From assembly GCA_963700985.1 (NCBI GenBank), contig OY969554.1:608001-672000 (forward strand): a DNA stretch of 64,000 nucleotides, in the 5' to 3' direction. Below the pieces are notes generated by a model. The model saw only the letters and a list, made by a program, of their open reading frames with translations, ran no database searches and had not been told where the DNA came from. Shown one piece after another: positions 51,605 through 61,269 of the stretch. The stretch is from an uncultured Chlamydiales bacterium (lineage in GTDB: Bacteria > Chlamydiota > Chlamydiia > Chlamydiales > Rhabdochlamydiaceae). Every line of letters begins with the position of its first letter. Position 1 is the first letter of the stretch. The position numbers and the translations under genes are program-made.

Positions 51605-52279
51605 ATGAACACACCTACAAGCATGCGAATCTTAGCCCTTGCCCTATCTCTTGCAGTCTTTACCTCAGGTTGCGGAAAAGGTGACGATAGAGATCAGACG
51701 GCATCTACATTACATCACATGGCTTCACAACCCGTAGTGGCCATCGTTCCGATCATCGATCGCACAGAAAATAATGATGTTTCCTGGAACCTCTCTAACG
51801 AACTCACCACGATTCTTTCGCATAAGCTGGCTCAAAAAGATAAACTTCACATAGCCAACGGCCAAAAAGTTCGCGCGAATGCGAAGAAAATTGCCGGACA
51901 CTCTGATCCCTTCGCACCAAATATCGCTTGGACAAAGAAAGTTTTTGGAGAAAATGATTTTGTCGTCTTCATGGAACTACTTAAACACGAACAGGTTTTC
52001 GTCTCTCCTTTATCACCAGAACACTCTCCTGCAGATCTTAACATCAGCATGAAAATACGCGTGGTGGATTTAAGAGGCGATCAACCTAGAATCGTGCTTC
52101 AAGAAATCATTCACGACACTCAGCATTTTCCAAAACAGTTTACAAAAGCCAACTTCAGACAGATTGCCTGGGGTGAAGATGACTTCCATGTCTCTCCTCT
52201 TGGAATGGCGCATATTAAACTGGTTAAAGAGATCTCTACTCGTATTGAAGATTACATCCTTCTAGCCAAGAGTCGCTAG
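51605..52279 (+). CDS. CT253-family lipoprotein
   Basis: Lipobox FTSG-C, WNLSNELT and RIEDYILLA motifs; precedes the CAAX protease as in Chlamydia. Start 51605 or 51623. Confidence 0.8.
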   Translation: MNTPTSMRILALALSLAVFTSGCGKGDDRDQTASTLHHMASQPVVAIVPIIDRTENNDVSWNLSNELTTILSHKLAQKDKLHIANGQKVRANAKKIAGHSDPFAPNIAWTKKVFGENDFVVFMELLKHEQVFVSPLSPEHSPADLNISMKIRVVDLRGDQPRIVLQEIIHDTQHFPKQFTKANFRQIAWGEDDFHVSPLGMAHIKLVKEISTRIEDYILLAKSR

Positions 52280-53158
52280 ATGGATGCTCCGTCAAAAGAG
52301 CTGATCACGGAACACATCCAGCTTATCCTGATGTTCGGACTTTTATCCTTTTTTACATATTGGATAGCAAAGTCGCGTGGTTTTTATACACTATCTTTAC
52401 CACAAGAGCGCGGCCCTTTTATAAAAGGCAGACATGTCGTAACGGCCTTTGCCATCTATCTCCTCACCGCTCTCTTTCTTGCGCCCCTGATTGGTAAAGC
52501 ATTCACACATGTCCAGGGAACTTCTTCGCTTACACTCCTTTCGGCTGGCCTACTGCAACTTTTGACACTGGGCTTAATTTTTCTTTTTCTTATCTTATAT
52601 TCACTAAAGCAAAACCCAAAAGCGATGCGAGAGCTTTGGCTTGGGTCAGGTCAAGCTTCTTCAAAAAAACTGTTTTATGACTTCTGTTTAGGCGTCGTGA
52701 CCTGGTTCATCGGCTTTCCTCTGGTCGTGGCTATTGGACAAATTTGCGATCTTTTAATTTTCCTCTTCGTCGGCGTAGAAAATTATGAACAGGTGGCTGT
52801 ACGCTTTCTTAAAATGGCACTCGCCTCTCCCTTTCTCTTATCTGTGGCGCTGCTGACCATTATTATCGTGGCGCCTATAATCGAAGAATGGTTGTTTAGA
52901 GGCTTCTTGCAGAGCTTTCTCCGCAGGCTTCTTGGAAGTAGAGCCGCCATCGTGCTTACGGCTCTCTGCTTTGCGCTTTTTCACCTTTCTGGATCACAAG
53001 GTTGGGGCAATCTCTCTTTGGCTGTCACTCTCTTTACTTTCTCGTGCTACCTCGGTTTTTTATATGAACGCCAGGGCTCTTTGCTTGCACCAATCGGTCT
53101 ACATATGGCATTTAATACCATAAGTAGTATTCGAATTTTGCTCATGCCTGTTACCTAG
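52280..53158 (+). CDS. CPBP (CAAX/Abi) intramembrane metalloprotease
   Basis: EEWLFRG, FALFH and HMAFN motifs; multiple TM segments. Confidence 0.95.
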   Translation: MDAPSKELITEHIQLILMFGLLSFFTYWIAKSRGFYTLSLPQERGPFIKGRHVVTAFAIYLLTALFLAPLIGKAFTHVQGTSSLTLLSAGLLQLLTLGLIFLFLILYSLKQNPKAMRELWLGSGQASSKKLFYDFCLGVVTWFIGFPLVVAIGQICDLLIFLFVGVENYEQVAVRFLKMALASPFLLSVALLTIIIVAPIIEEWLFRGFLQSFLRRLLGSRAAIVLTALCFALFHLSGSQGWGNLSLAVTLFTFSCYLGFLYERQGSLLAPIGLHMAFNTISSIRILLMPVT

Positions 53159-53166
53159 GAGGCTCT

Positions 53167-54399
53167 ATGCTCAAACGCTCTTGCACGCTCTTGCTCGGAC
53201 TTCTCACCCTCACTTCACCTCTTTTGGGAGCGCCAAAAAAAGAAGATCCAAAAACAAACAAGATGGCCAAAGATTGCACTGAGTTTGGCATCTCTCTCTA
53301 TTCCTCTTTAAAAAAGTCAGAAGCGCCTAACCTCGTCTTTTCACCTTATTCGATTTTTTCTTGCCTCTCTATGGTCTATGTTGGCGCGCGCGATGAAACT
53401 GCTCAAGAGATGCAACAAGTGCTCCATCTTTCACTCAAGCGTCCGGATCTTTCTAAAACAGCATATGCTCTAAGAAAATCGCTGGTAGCTCCTGGTGAAG
53501 GAACCTACACTTTAGAAATGGCCAACGGCATGTGGCTAGATCGCGATACATTTGTGTTATCTGATTTTCGTCATGCCATTGAAGATGGGTTTCAAGCCAA
53601 AGTCCAGAGCTTAGACTTTTCGCAAGCAGAAAAAGCCACCTCAATTATCAATGAGTGGACCTCGAATCAAACACATGGAAAAATTTCTAAACTCCTCGAA
53701 GCTGGCGATGTCGACACCACAACTAGACTTGTGCTCACCAACGCGCTCTATTTTAAAGGAAGCTGGCAAGTGCCTTTTGATGTTAAAAACACGGCTGATG
53801 GAAACTTTTTTACCGGCGATGGCACAAAGATCAAAACGAAGATGATGGAGCAGACGGGTTTCTTCTCCTATTTGGAAAATGATAATTTCCAATTGATCTC
53901 GATGCCCTTCTTGAAAAAAGATGAAGCGAGTAGACCTGCCTGCCTGATTCTTCTGCCTAAGAAAACGGTCGCTCTTTCCGATTGTGAAAATCTTTTAACT
54001 GCAGCATCTGTACAAAGCTGGATCGATCAATTGAACCAGGAAAAAGTAAATATCAAAATGCCCAAGTTCTCTCTTGATAAACGCTATGATTTAAATAGCG
54101 TATTAAAAACTCTTGGGATGGAGAATGCGTTCAATGATAAAGCAGATTTTTCAGGCATCGATGGCATGCACGATCTTTTCTTAAGTAAAGTGATACATGA
54201 ATCCTTTTTTGCATTAGACGAAGCCGGCGTCACCGCTGCGGCTGCAACGAGCGCATCGATTAATGTCACCGCCACACCAGCCAAGCCTCTTGCATTTACC
54301 GTTGACCGCCCTTTTCTCTTTTTACTTGTGGACTTGCAGACCAAGTTGCCGCTTTTTATAGGAAAAATCCAAGACCCTTCAATGGCACAAAGTGAGTAA
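53167..54399 (+). CDS. Secreted serpin (serine protease inhibitor)
   Basis: Signal peptide; NLVFSPYSI, INEW, LVLTNALYFKGSW, PKF, hinge EAGVTAAAAT and FTVDRPFLF. Confidence 0.96.
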   Translation: MLKRSCTLLLGLLTLTSPLLGAPKKEDPKTNKMAKDCTEFGISLYSSLKKSEAPNLVFSPYSIFSCLSMVYVGARDETAQEMQQVLHLSLKRPDLSKTAYALRKSLVAPGEGTYTLEMANGMWLDRDTFVLSDFRHAIEDGFQAKVQSLDFSQAEKATSIINEWTSNQTHGKISKLLEAGDVDTTTRLVLTNALYFKGSWQVPFDVKNTADGNFFTGDGTKIKTKMMEQTGFFSYLENDNFQLISMPFLKKDEASRPACLILLPKKTVALSDCENLLTAASVQSWIDQLNQEKVNIKMPKFSLDKRYDLNSVLKTLGMENAFNDKADFSGIDGMHDLFLSKVIHESFFALDEAGVTAAAATSASINVTATPAKPLAFTVDRPFLFLLVDLQTKLPLFIGKIQDPSMAQSE

Positions 54400-55180
54400 T
54401 TTCCACGTGGAAAGTTACGGAATATCCGATATCGGCTACGTACGTAGCAACAATGAGGACTCATGGGCTGAGCTTCCTCACTGTAAATTTTTTGTTTTAG
54501 CCGATGGCATGGGCGGCCACCAAGCCGGTGAAGTCGCCTCAAAAGAAGCTGTAGAAAGACTTAGTCATCAAATTGAAGAGCTGCATAAAGGCGTTTCTCC
54601 AAAAGAGCTTTCCTCTCCCAAATTGGTTCAAGAGTGGGCCAAGCAACTCCAATCAGCCATTGAACGCGTGAATCGCGAGATTTATAATTTCTCTTTAAAA
54701 AATGCGCGCTATACCGGCATGGGCACCACTCTCGCCTGTCTGCTTGTGTGCGGAGAGAGCATGATCTATGCGCATGTGGGCGACAGCCGTATCTATCGCT
54801 TTAGAGATCAAAACCTTATCAAACTGACTCAAGATCACTCTTTACGCCAAGAGATGCTTTTCAAAGGCGAACTCAATGCGGAGACTGCGCCGCTCAATGC
54901 CTTTAAAAATATTATTACGCGCGCCATCGGTACGCATTCTCGCGTGCAGCCTGAAGTCGAGTGTAGCCAACTTGCTGAAGGTGATATTTATTTTTTATGT
55001 TCAGACGGCCTAACTGACGAACTCTCCTTAGAAGAAATGAGATCTATCCTTCTGAAGGCCAAGACAATAAAAGAAGCCTCTGATAGCCTTGTAGCTGCTG
55101 CTAAGGCCAAAGGGGGAAACGACAACATCACTGTTGTGATGGTGCAAATAAGAGCTCATGAAAAGGATCTACCTAGATAA
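54392..55180 (+). CDS. PP2C/Stp1-family Ser/Thr protein phosphatase
   Basis: RSNNED, ADGMGGH, GTT, HVGDSR, CSDGL and GGNDNIT motifs; GTG start. Confidence 0.97.
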   Translation: MSNFHVESYGISDIGYVRSNNEDSWAELPHCKFFVLADGMGGHQAGEVASKEAVERLSHQIEELHKGVSPKELSSPKLVQEWAKQLQSAIERVNREIYNFSLKNARYTGMGTTLACLLVCGESMIYAHVGDSRIYRFRDQNLIKLTQDHSLRQEMLFKGELNAETAPLNAFKNIITRAIGTHSRVQPEVECSQLAEGDIYFLCSDGLTDELSLEEMRSILLKAKTIKEASDSLVAAAKAKGGNDNITVVMVQIRAHEKDLPR

Positions 55181-56285
55181 CAATGCGACGACTGCGCTTG
55201 ATTCGCGCGTCTTAGCAGTCATGCAAGAAGAGCTCGCCTCTCATCCCTCTAATCCCTCCTCAGTGCATCACTTTGGGCAAGAAGCACGTAAAAGACTTTC
55301 GAAGGCCCGTCAAACCATCGCAAGCTATCTACAAGTCAAACCCTCTCAGCTTATCTTTACCTCTGGTGGAACCGAAGCGCTAAATATGCTTCTGCGCGGA
55401 TTTTTTGCTGAAAACTGCAGTGGTCATCTCATCACCTCGAATATCGAACACTCAGCGATCTACAATACCGTTAAAACCTTAGAAAAACGCGGTGTGCAAG
55501 TTACCTTCCTATCACCAGGATTAAAAGGCTTTGTTGCGCCAGAGGAAGTAGAAGCAGCGCTGCGTCCAACAACACGTTTAATCGTGCTCGGGGCTGTAAA
55601 CAGTGAAACAGGCGTAAAAAATCCGATCGACGAAATAGCTCAGCTCGCTAAAAAAGCTGGAATCCCTTTGTTAATCGATGGCGTGGCTTTGCTTGGAAAA
55701 GAGCATTTTTCCATTCCAGAAGGCGTGAGCGCCATGGCTTTTTCTGGACACAAGCTGCATGGTCCAAAAGGCATCGGCTTCGCTTACGTGCATCATACAT
55801 TCAAATGGGAATCACAGTTCACTGGTGGCGATCAAGAATATGCCAGACGCGCCGGCACGGAAAATCTCCCAGGCATTGTGGGCCTTGCCAAAGCCATCGA
55901 GATTCTCTCAGATGAACTTTCAAATGCTAAAGAGGAAGTGGAAAAGCTGCGAAATCGATTAGAAGAAGCTTTGAAGAGATCGATAGGGGCACAGGTGAAT
56001 GGCGAAACCTCTCCACGCGTAGCAAATACGTCCAATATCGTTTTTCCAGGTCTTGATGGCGAAACACTTCTGCTTCAACTCGACCTAGCAGGCGTAGCGG
56101 TAAGTCACGGCTCGGCCTGCGCAGCGGGAGCACTTGAACCCTCACGCGTTTTGCTCAACATGGGCCTATCAAAAAAGCTCGCCAGTTCCTCAATCCGCTT
56201 CTCGCTTTCACGCTTCACCACCGAAGAAGAGATCGATCACACCCTAGAAATCCTTGAGAAGCTATCTCTGCAATCCATTTTATGA
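55158..56285 (+). CDS. iscS: Cysteine desulfurase (NifS/IscS type)
   Basis: YLDNNATT, FTSGGTE, SGHKLHGPKG and SHGSAC motifs. Confidence 0.95.
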   Translation: MKRIYLDNNATTALDSRVLAVMQEELASHPSNPSSVHHFGQEARKRLSKARQTIASYLQVKPSQLIFTSGGTEALNMLLRGFFAENCSGHLITSNIEHSAIYNTVKTLEKRGVQVTFLSPGLKGFVAPEEVEAALRPTTRLIVLGAVNSETGVKNPIDEIAQLAKKAGIPLLIDGVALLGKEHFSIPEGVSAMAFSGHKLHGPKGIGFAYVHHTFKWESQFTGGDQEYARRAGTENLPGIVGLAKAIEILSDELSNAKEEVEKLRNRLEEALKRSIGAQVNGETSPRVANTSNIVFPGLDGETLLLQLDLAGVAVSHGSACAAGALEPSRVLLNMGLSKKLASSSIRFSLSRFTTEEEIDHTLEILEKLSLQSIL

Positions 56286-56579
56286 TTGTGTCTTCTTAGG
56301 TCCGTATTTTAAAAATATCAAAGCTACGGACGCTGCACCGCTCAAAGCACCCGCAGCAAAACCTATTACTACATTTCTATTTGCTTTCTTTTTGGTTTCT
56401 TTAACTCTTTCAGTGAGCTCTCCGACTTCTTGGCTCAACCGATCCATTTTGTTTTCTAGATTTTGGACATAATTCCAATCGATCTCAATAGCATCGTAAT
56501 CTAATGCACGCGCCTCAGCATCCACTTCTGCAGGATGTTGAGCTTGCTGCTGTATGCCACGTCCTTGTACTGCTGCCAT
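56280..56579 (-). CDS. Small coiled-coil protein with C-terminal TM anchor
   Basis: RBS GAGGT. Heptad stretch VQNLENKMDRLSQEVGELTERVKE followed by hydrophobic VVIGFAAGALSGAASVALIFL. Confidence 0.7.
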   Translation of the reverse strand: MAAVQGRGIQQQAQHPAEVDAEARALDYDAIEIDWNYVQNLENKMDRLSQEVGELTERVKETKKKANRNVVIGFAAGALSGAASVALIFLKYGPKKTQS

Positions 56580-56596
56580 AACTACCTCTGTAATTT

Positions 56597-57616
56597 TTAT
56601 CTTTTATAATCTCCATAATCCACACTTCGTGGTGGAGCATAAGTTTGATCACCATCAGCTCTTGGTACATTTTCTGAAAGAAGTGGCGCCGCATCAACAA
56701 GAGGTTCGGCATCCACTCCCAGACCATCATATTCTGCAGGAACTGTTGATCTAGGTTGAGGCAAATCCCATCTGGGGAAAGGAGCTTGAGGCGGCTCTGG
56801 AACTCTCCTAATCGACCGAAGCATGTCTGCATCACGTGAAGGTAACTGAAGAGCGGGCGGCTCTGGCACTAGGGAAACCGGCTCGTCCAATGCTGGAGGG
56901 GCACTATGATCAACCTCAACTTGGATAGTTGGAGTCGAGCGTGTTGTTCCCGCGATGGACTGCACCACAGTTCGAATAGATTGAGCGATTGAATTAGCTG
57001 TTTCTAATGCGTAACGAGATATTGAAAATCTAGAAGATTGCACTGAGCCATCGGGAAGCTGGGTTGTTCTTGAAAAAGAAATTTCCTCTTGCACACTCGG
57101 AGATTGTTGAACAGGAGCTTGAGGCGGAAGTTGTGCTGGGAGAGATACACTTCTGGGTTGAGTTTGTTCAGGAAGAGCGACTGGCGCAGGTGGATTATCC
57201 AAAACAGAATTGGTTAAAATCCCCGTGCGTCTCTGTCGCTCTTGTGGCAACTGAGAAGGTGCTGGCGGCGGACCACTCGAAGCTGAAGAGTCTCCCGTTT
57301 GAGATGGCCTCGACGAATGCGTTGAGGCTTTAAACAACACAGCTGCGCCTGCAAGCGCCACAGTTGTTAATAATACCCTATCTTTTTCTGTTTTTGCTTC
57401 TAAACCCGCTATTTGATCTCGAAGCCCAGTATTTTCTCGACGCACCAGTGCATTTGCTTGGTTATAGCGTTGGACAACCCCATTAATGCGAGCTCTTTCC
57501 TCACTGGAAAGAGGGATTCTAGAAGCACTACCACTAGATCGTTTACTCTCGCCAAGCTGCTCTTGAACTGGCGCAACCCTCGCACCTACTGCTCTACTCG
57601 ACGCTCCTGCAGCCAT
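56597..57616 (-). CDS. Pro/Ser-rich low-complexity protein with coiled coil and hydrophobic segment (effector-like)
   Basis: 339-aa ORF with RBS GAGGTGG, disorder-prone composition and a VPEPP repeat. Confidence 0.75.
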   Translation of the reverse strand: MAAGASSRAVGARVAPVQEQLGESKRSSGSASRIPLSSEERARINGVVQRYNQANALVRRENTGLRDQIAGLEAKTEKDRVLLTTVALAGAAVLFKASTHSSRPSQTGDSSASSGPPPAPSQLPQERQRRTGILTNSVLDNPPAPVALPEQTQPRSVSLPAQLPPQAPVQQSPSVQEEISFSRTTQLPDGSVQSSRFSISRYALETANSIAQSIRTVVQSIAGTTRSTPTIQVEVDHSAPPALDEPVSLVPEPPALQLPSRDADMLRSIRRVPEPPQAPFPRWDLPQPRSTVPAEYDGLGVDAEPLVDAAPLLSENVPRADGDQTYAPPRSVDYGDYKR

Positions 57617-57722
57617 ACACCACCTCTTATCTTGATATTACGTATTGAAAATTCGCTCAAAAAACAAACGCTCTAAATTTAGAACTGCGCGCCCAAATTT
57701 TCAATAGAAATCAGACTTGCGA

Positions 57723-58973
57723 TTAGTAAACAGTTTGGACAGAGATCATCTTGGCTCCAAGTAGCGAAGCCTCTTCGACGGTGAGTTCGAATTGATCGAT
57801 GCGCACGCTCTCCCCTTTTGTAGGAGGGTGGCCGAGATGTTTGGTAACGAGCTCTTCTAAAGTTTCGACGCCATCGTCTGGAAGGTGTACATCGAATTGC
57901 GCGTTGAAATCCTTGATCAGCATATCTCCCGGGAAAGTACGATCGAGCACCACGTGGTGTGCACGAGGCGCAATCTCATCGATGGAACTCCAGTTATCTC
58001 TCTGACCGAAGATCTCATCGAGGATCTCGTCTAAGGTGAGAATACCCACGGCCAGACCCGCCTCATTAAGCACGACAGCCACACTCTTGTTATTTCTTCT
58101 AAATTGCTTGAGAATCTGCAAGATGGAGTTGTTCTCAGTAATGAACCAAGGCGGGCGCGCATGTTCACGCACACGTGTATTCTCCGCAAAACGTAAGAGA
58201 TCGCGCGGATAGGCAATGGCAACGATATTTTCAGGTGTTCGATGAAAGATTGGCAAGAAGGGATGATAGCGCGCGTTTAAAAGTGTGCGCATCTCGGCGA
58301 TTGTGCAAATCGAAGGGATCATCGTAACAGACTGCAGCGGCAGCATCATCTCTTTAGCAATTTTATTTTTTAAAGAGAAAATTCTCCCTGCAACCGAGCT
58401 AAGCTCGCTCTGTTCTGGCTTAAATGTTTCCGGAACGAAAGGACGATCTTCTTGCTCTTCAAGCATCTTCTGCAACTCTTCGCGTGTAAGATAAAGTCCG
58501 GTAGCTTTTGGACTTCTCACTAAACGGTTAACAAGTGTGCAAAGCAGATCGAATGCCCAGATGACAGGTCTTAATAAAATCGATGAGACGTAGATAAATG
58601 GAATGCCAAGCATCACCACATGCTCAGCGTAACGCCGGCCGGCAAAAAGAGGCGCGATTTCGGCAAAGATAAGCACAATTACCCACTGCGTAAATGGTGC
58701 AATATCTGGGCTTAAGCCGAGTGATTCATAAAAGCGACGTGCAGATTCTGAGCCGAGCTGTAGAGATAAATTTACCCCGATTAGCGTTGTGCCAAATAAA
58801 AGGGCCGGGCGTTTGAGCAGAAATGTCAACCACTTGGCGCGTAAATTCCCCTGACTGACGTAATATTGCAGACGCACTTTATTGAACGAAACGCAGGCCA
58901 TCTCCAGCATGGCATAAAAGCCCTGGACCACCAGGCAGATCACCATGAGAGTTAGATAAAATTTCCAGGTCAT
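57723..58973 (-). CDS. CNNM/CBS/CorC-HlyC domain protein (hemolysin family)
   Basis: N-terminal CNNM segment (LEMA, TLIGVN, IFAEIAP), CBS pair (GILTLDEILDEIFG) and CorC C-terminus. Confidence 0.92.
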   Translation of the reverse strand: MTWKFYLTLMVICLVVQGFYAMLEMACVSFNKVRLQYYVSQGNLRAKWLTFLLKRPALLFGTTLIGVNLSLQLGSESARRFYESLGLSPDIAPFTQWVIVLIFAEIAPLFAGRRYAEHVVMLGIPFIYVSSILLRPVIWAFDLLCTLVNRLVRSPKATGLYLTREELQKMLEEQEDRPFVPETFKPEQSELSSVAGRIFSLKNKIAKEMMLPLQSVTMIPSICTIAEMRTLLNARYHPFLPIFHRTPENIVAIAYPRDLLRFAENTRVREHARPPWFITENNSILQILKQFRRNNKSVAVVLNEAGLAVGILTLDEILDEIFGQRDNWSSIDEIAPRAHHVVLDRTFPGDMLIKDFNAQFDVHLPDDGVETLEELVTKHLGHPPTKGESVRIDQFELTVEEASLLGAKMISVQTVY

Positions 58974-60217
58974 TTCTTTTTAGTCAGTAAACGTCTTATA
59001 TAAACTCTTCTTACGCGCTGCGGATCTGCCGCCAGCACATGGAAAAGGAACTCTTTGGTCACATATTTTGTTCCAGCCTTTGGGATATCTCCCAACTGCT
59101 CAGTTAGCCAGCCACCGATTGTCACCATGTTGCTGTCACTTTTTAAACTGATGCCAAAGATCTGCTCGAATTCAATTAACTCCAATTTACCACTAGTGAT
59201 GATCACATTTTCACCAGCACTCGTATAGCGATTCTTCTCGTCGCGCAGATCTGAGATCTCACCCACTACTACTTCTACCAGATCTTCAAGAGCAATGATT
59301 CCAGAAACGGAGCCATATTCATCGACCACGATCGACAGAGATTCTTCTCTGTCGTACATCTGACGAAGAAGAGCATTTGCAGCCATCGTTTCGGGAACAA
59401 ATAAAGGTTTTTTTAGAATAGGCAGAAGATCTATCGTCTCACGCAGCTCGGTGCGATGGAGGAAGAAAAGGCGGCTGGTCACAACCCCGACGATCTGATC
59501 TAATCCTCCGCGACAAACGGGAATTCGTGAGCACTCTTGATCGACAAAAAGATGGATTAACCTAGAAAGCGGCTCTTCGACATCAAAAAAGAGCACCTCT
59601 TCACGAGGACGCATCAAAGCTTTAACTGTGGATTCTTGCAGATTGAGATAGCCGCAGACTAGCTCAGCTTCATCTTCCTGAAGTACGCCATACTGGCGCG
59701 AAGTCCTCAAGGCATGCTGCAATTCATCGATGGAAATTTCATTTTCTCGACGTAGAAAAAAGAACATGCAGCGTGAAATCACACTGGTCACTTTGATGAA
59801 CACGTTTACAAATGGTCTGAAGGTGCGTTGGGCATTACTCAAAACCGGAGCCACGCGGTAGGCAATTTTCTCATTATTGGCCAAGCCGATAGATTTAGGA
59901 ATCACCTCTCCAAAAATCAGCGTTAAGGCCAAGGGTACGCCGACATTCAATATCCAATTGGAAAAGGCGCCGAAAAGCGTCGCCACCACGTTTTGCACGA
60001 GGAGGTTCATTAAAATATTCAGCATCAAGATTGTGACAAGCAAGTTGCGTGGGCTTGAAAGCAGATTATATATAAGACGCTTGCGCGGATCTTTTTCCCG
60101 TTGATACCCCTTAACTGTCATAGAAGGCAGAGAGAAAAGTGCGGTTTCTGAAGCGGAAAAACAGCCTGAGAGAAAAAGAAAAAGGATAAGAAGAGCAACT
60201 AAACTAGTTGTGGTCAC
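58970..60217 (-). CDS. CNNM/CBS/CorC-HlyC domain protein (hemolysin family)
   Basis: FSASETALFSL, IFGEVIPK, SRIPV, VVDEYG and EDLVEVVVGEI motifs; GTG start. Confidence 0.95.
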   Translation of the reverse strand: MTTTSLVALLILFLFLSGCFSASETALFSLPSMTVKGYQREKDPRKRLIYNLLSSPRNLLVTILMLNILMNLLVQNVVATLFGAFSNWILNVGVPLALTLIFGEVIPKSIGLANNEKIAYRVAPVLSNAQRTFRPFVNVFIKVTSVISRCMFFFLRRENEISIDELQHALRTSRQYGVLQEDEAELVCGYLNLQESTVKALMRPREEVLFFDVEEPLSRLIHLFVDQECSRIPVCRGGLDQIVGVVTSRLFFLHRTELRETIDLLPILKKPLFVPETMAANALLRQMYDREESLSIVVDEYGSVSGIIALEDLVEVVVGEISDLRDEKNRYTSAGENVIITSGKLELIEFEQIFGISLKSDSNMVTIGGWLTEQLGDIPKAGTKYVTKEFLFHVLAADPQRVRRVYIRRLLTKKK

Positions 60218-60544
60218 TCAGTTCTCTTGGTTTTGGAAGTAGACCTTACGCTGGCCTTCAGGAACGAGTCCTAAACCTTTCATTAAGGTCATTTCGATCC
60301 AGGCGGGATCGCTTTGACTTTGTACCTGTAGCATCAGCTCATTCTGCTGCTCAACGACTACGCTTTTTTCTTGCTCGAGCGCCTGGAAACGGCTTTCAAG
60401 CTCGAATAACGCAGCCTTCTTCTTCTGGATGCTTTGAGAGTAGAGAAAACAAGATGCCGCTACGAAAACGACCACCCACCAATTGCGCGCAATTAGCGAT
60501 CGTTTAGGAACTTTATGCTCACGCAAAGATTCGCCTGTCGACAT
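60218..60544 (-). CDS. FtsB/DivIC-like septum formation protein (CT038-like)
   Basis: Single TM helix, coiled coil and DPAWIEMTLMKGLGLVPEG motif. Confidence 0.75.
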   Translation of the reverse strand: MSTGESLREHKVPKRSLIARNWWVVVFVAASCFLYSQSIQKKKAALFELESRFQALEQEKSVVVEQQNELMLQVQSQSDPAWIEMTLMKGLGLVPEGQRKVYFQNQEN

Positions 60545-60598
60545 ACCAAATATGGGTAATTAGCTCTTAGTATCCTGATTGTGTGTGATATAGCAATT

Positions 60599-61165
60599 CT
60601 ACGCAACAGGCAAGGTGATGTTTTTCTGTCCCATGTATTTACCCTTACGATCGGCATAAGAGACTTCACACACCTCTGCAGACTGATAGAAAAGCACTTG
60701 CGCTATCCCTTCATTTGCATAAATTTTCGCAGGCAGTGGAGTTGTATTGGAAATCTCAATGGTCACATATCCCTCCCATTCCGGTTCGAAAGGGGTAACG
60801 TTGACGATGATGCCACACCTAGCATAGGTCGATTTGCCCACACAAAGCGCTAAAACATTACGTGGAATGCGGAAATGCTCGACACTTCGCGCCAAGGCAA
60901 AGGAGTTTGGCGGCACAATGCACACATCCGTATCTTGACGCACTAAGGCATCTTCGTTGAAATTTTTTGGATCAATGATGGAGTTGTTTAAGTTGGTAAA
61001 GACCATGAACTCATTTGATACGCGCATATCATAGCCACAGCTCGAAAGGCCATAGCTAATAATCTTCTCGTCTTTGACGTAACGCACCTGATTTTCGACA
61101 AACGGCTCGATCATGCCGTGCGTCTTGGCCATTTGACGAATCCAACGATCTGACTGGAGACTCAT
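60599..61165 (-). CDS. dcd: dCTP deaminase
   Basis: [20 protein letters not shown] and TPFEPEWEG motifs. Start moved to ATG 61165. Confidence 0.98.
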   Translation of the reverse strand: MSLQSDRWIRQMAKTHGMIEPFVENQVRYVKDEKIISYGLSSCGYDMRVSNEFMVFTNLNNSIIDPKNFNEDALVRQDTDVCIVPPNSFALARSVEHFRIPRNVLALCVGKSTYARCGIIVNVTPFEPEWEGYVTIEISNTTPLPAKIYANEGIAQVLFYQSAEVCEVSYADRKGKYMGQKNITLPVA

Positions 61166-61269
61166 TTTTCCCTCCGAATTAGCTTTAGTTTTTAAAATGA
61201 TACTAGATATAGCGCGCAAAGTCGTTTTCTTGCTAGAGTTTTATCAAGGCAGCCAAACAACACGATTAC

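Noticed and set aside
57723-60217. 'Hemolysin' pair as toxins
   Set aside because: CNNM/CBS/CorC proteins are conserved ion-homeostasis proteins, and the tandem pair is standard in chlamydiae.
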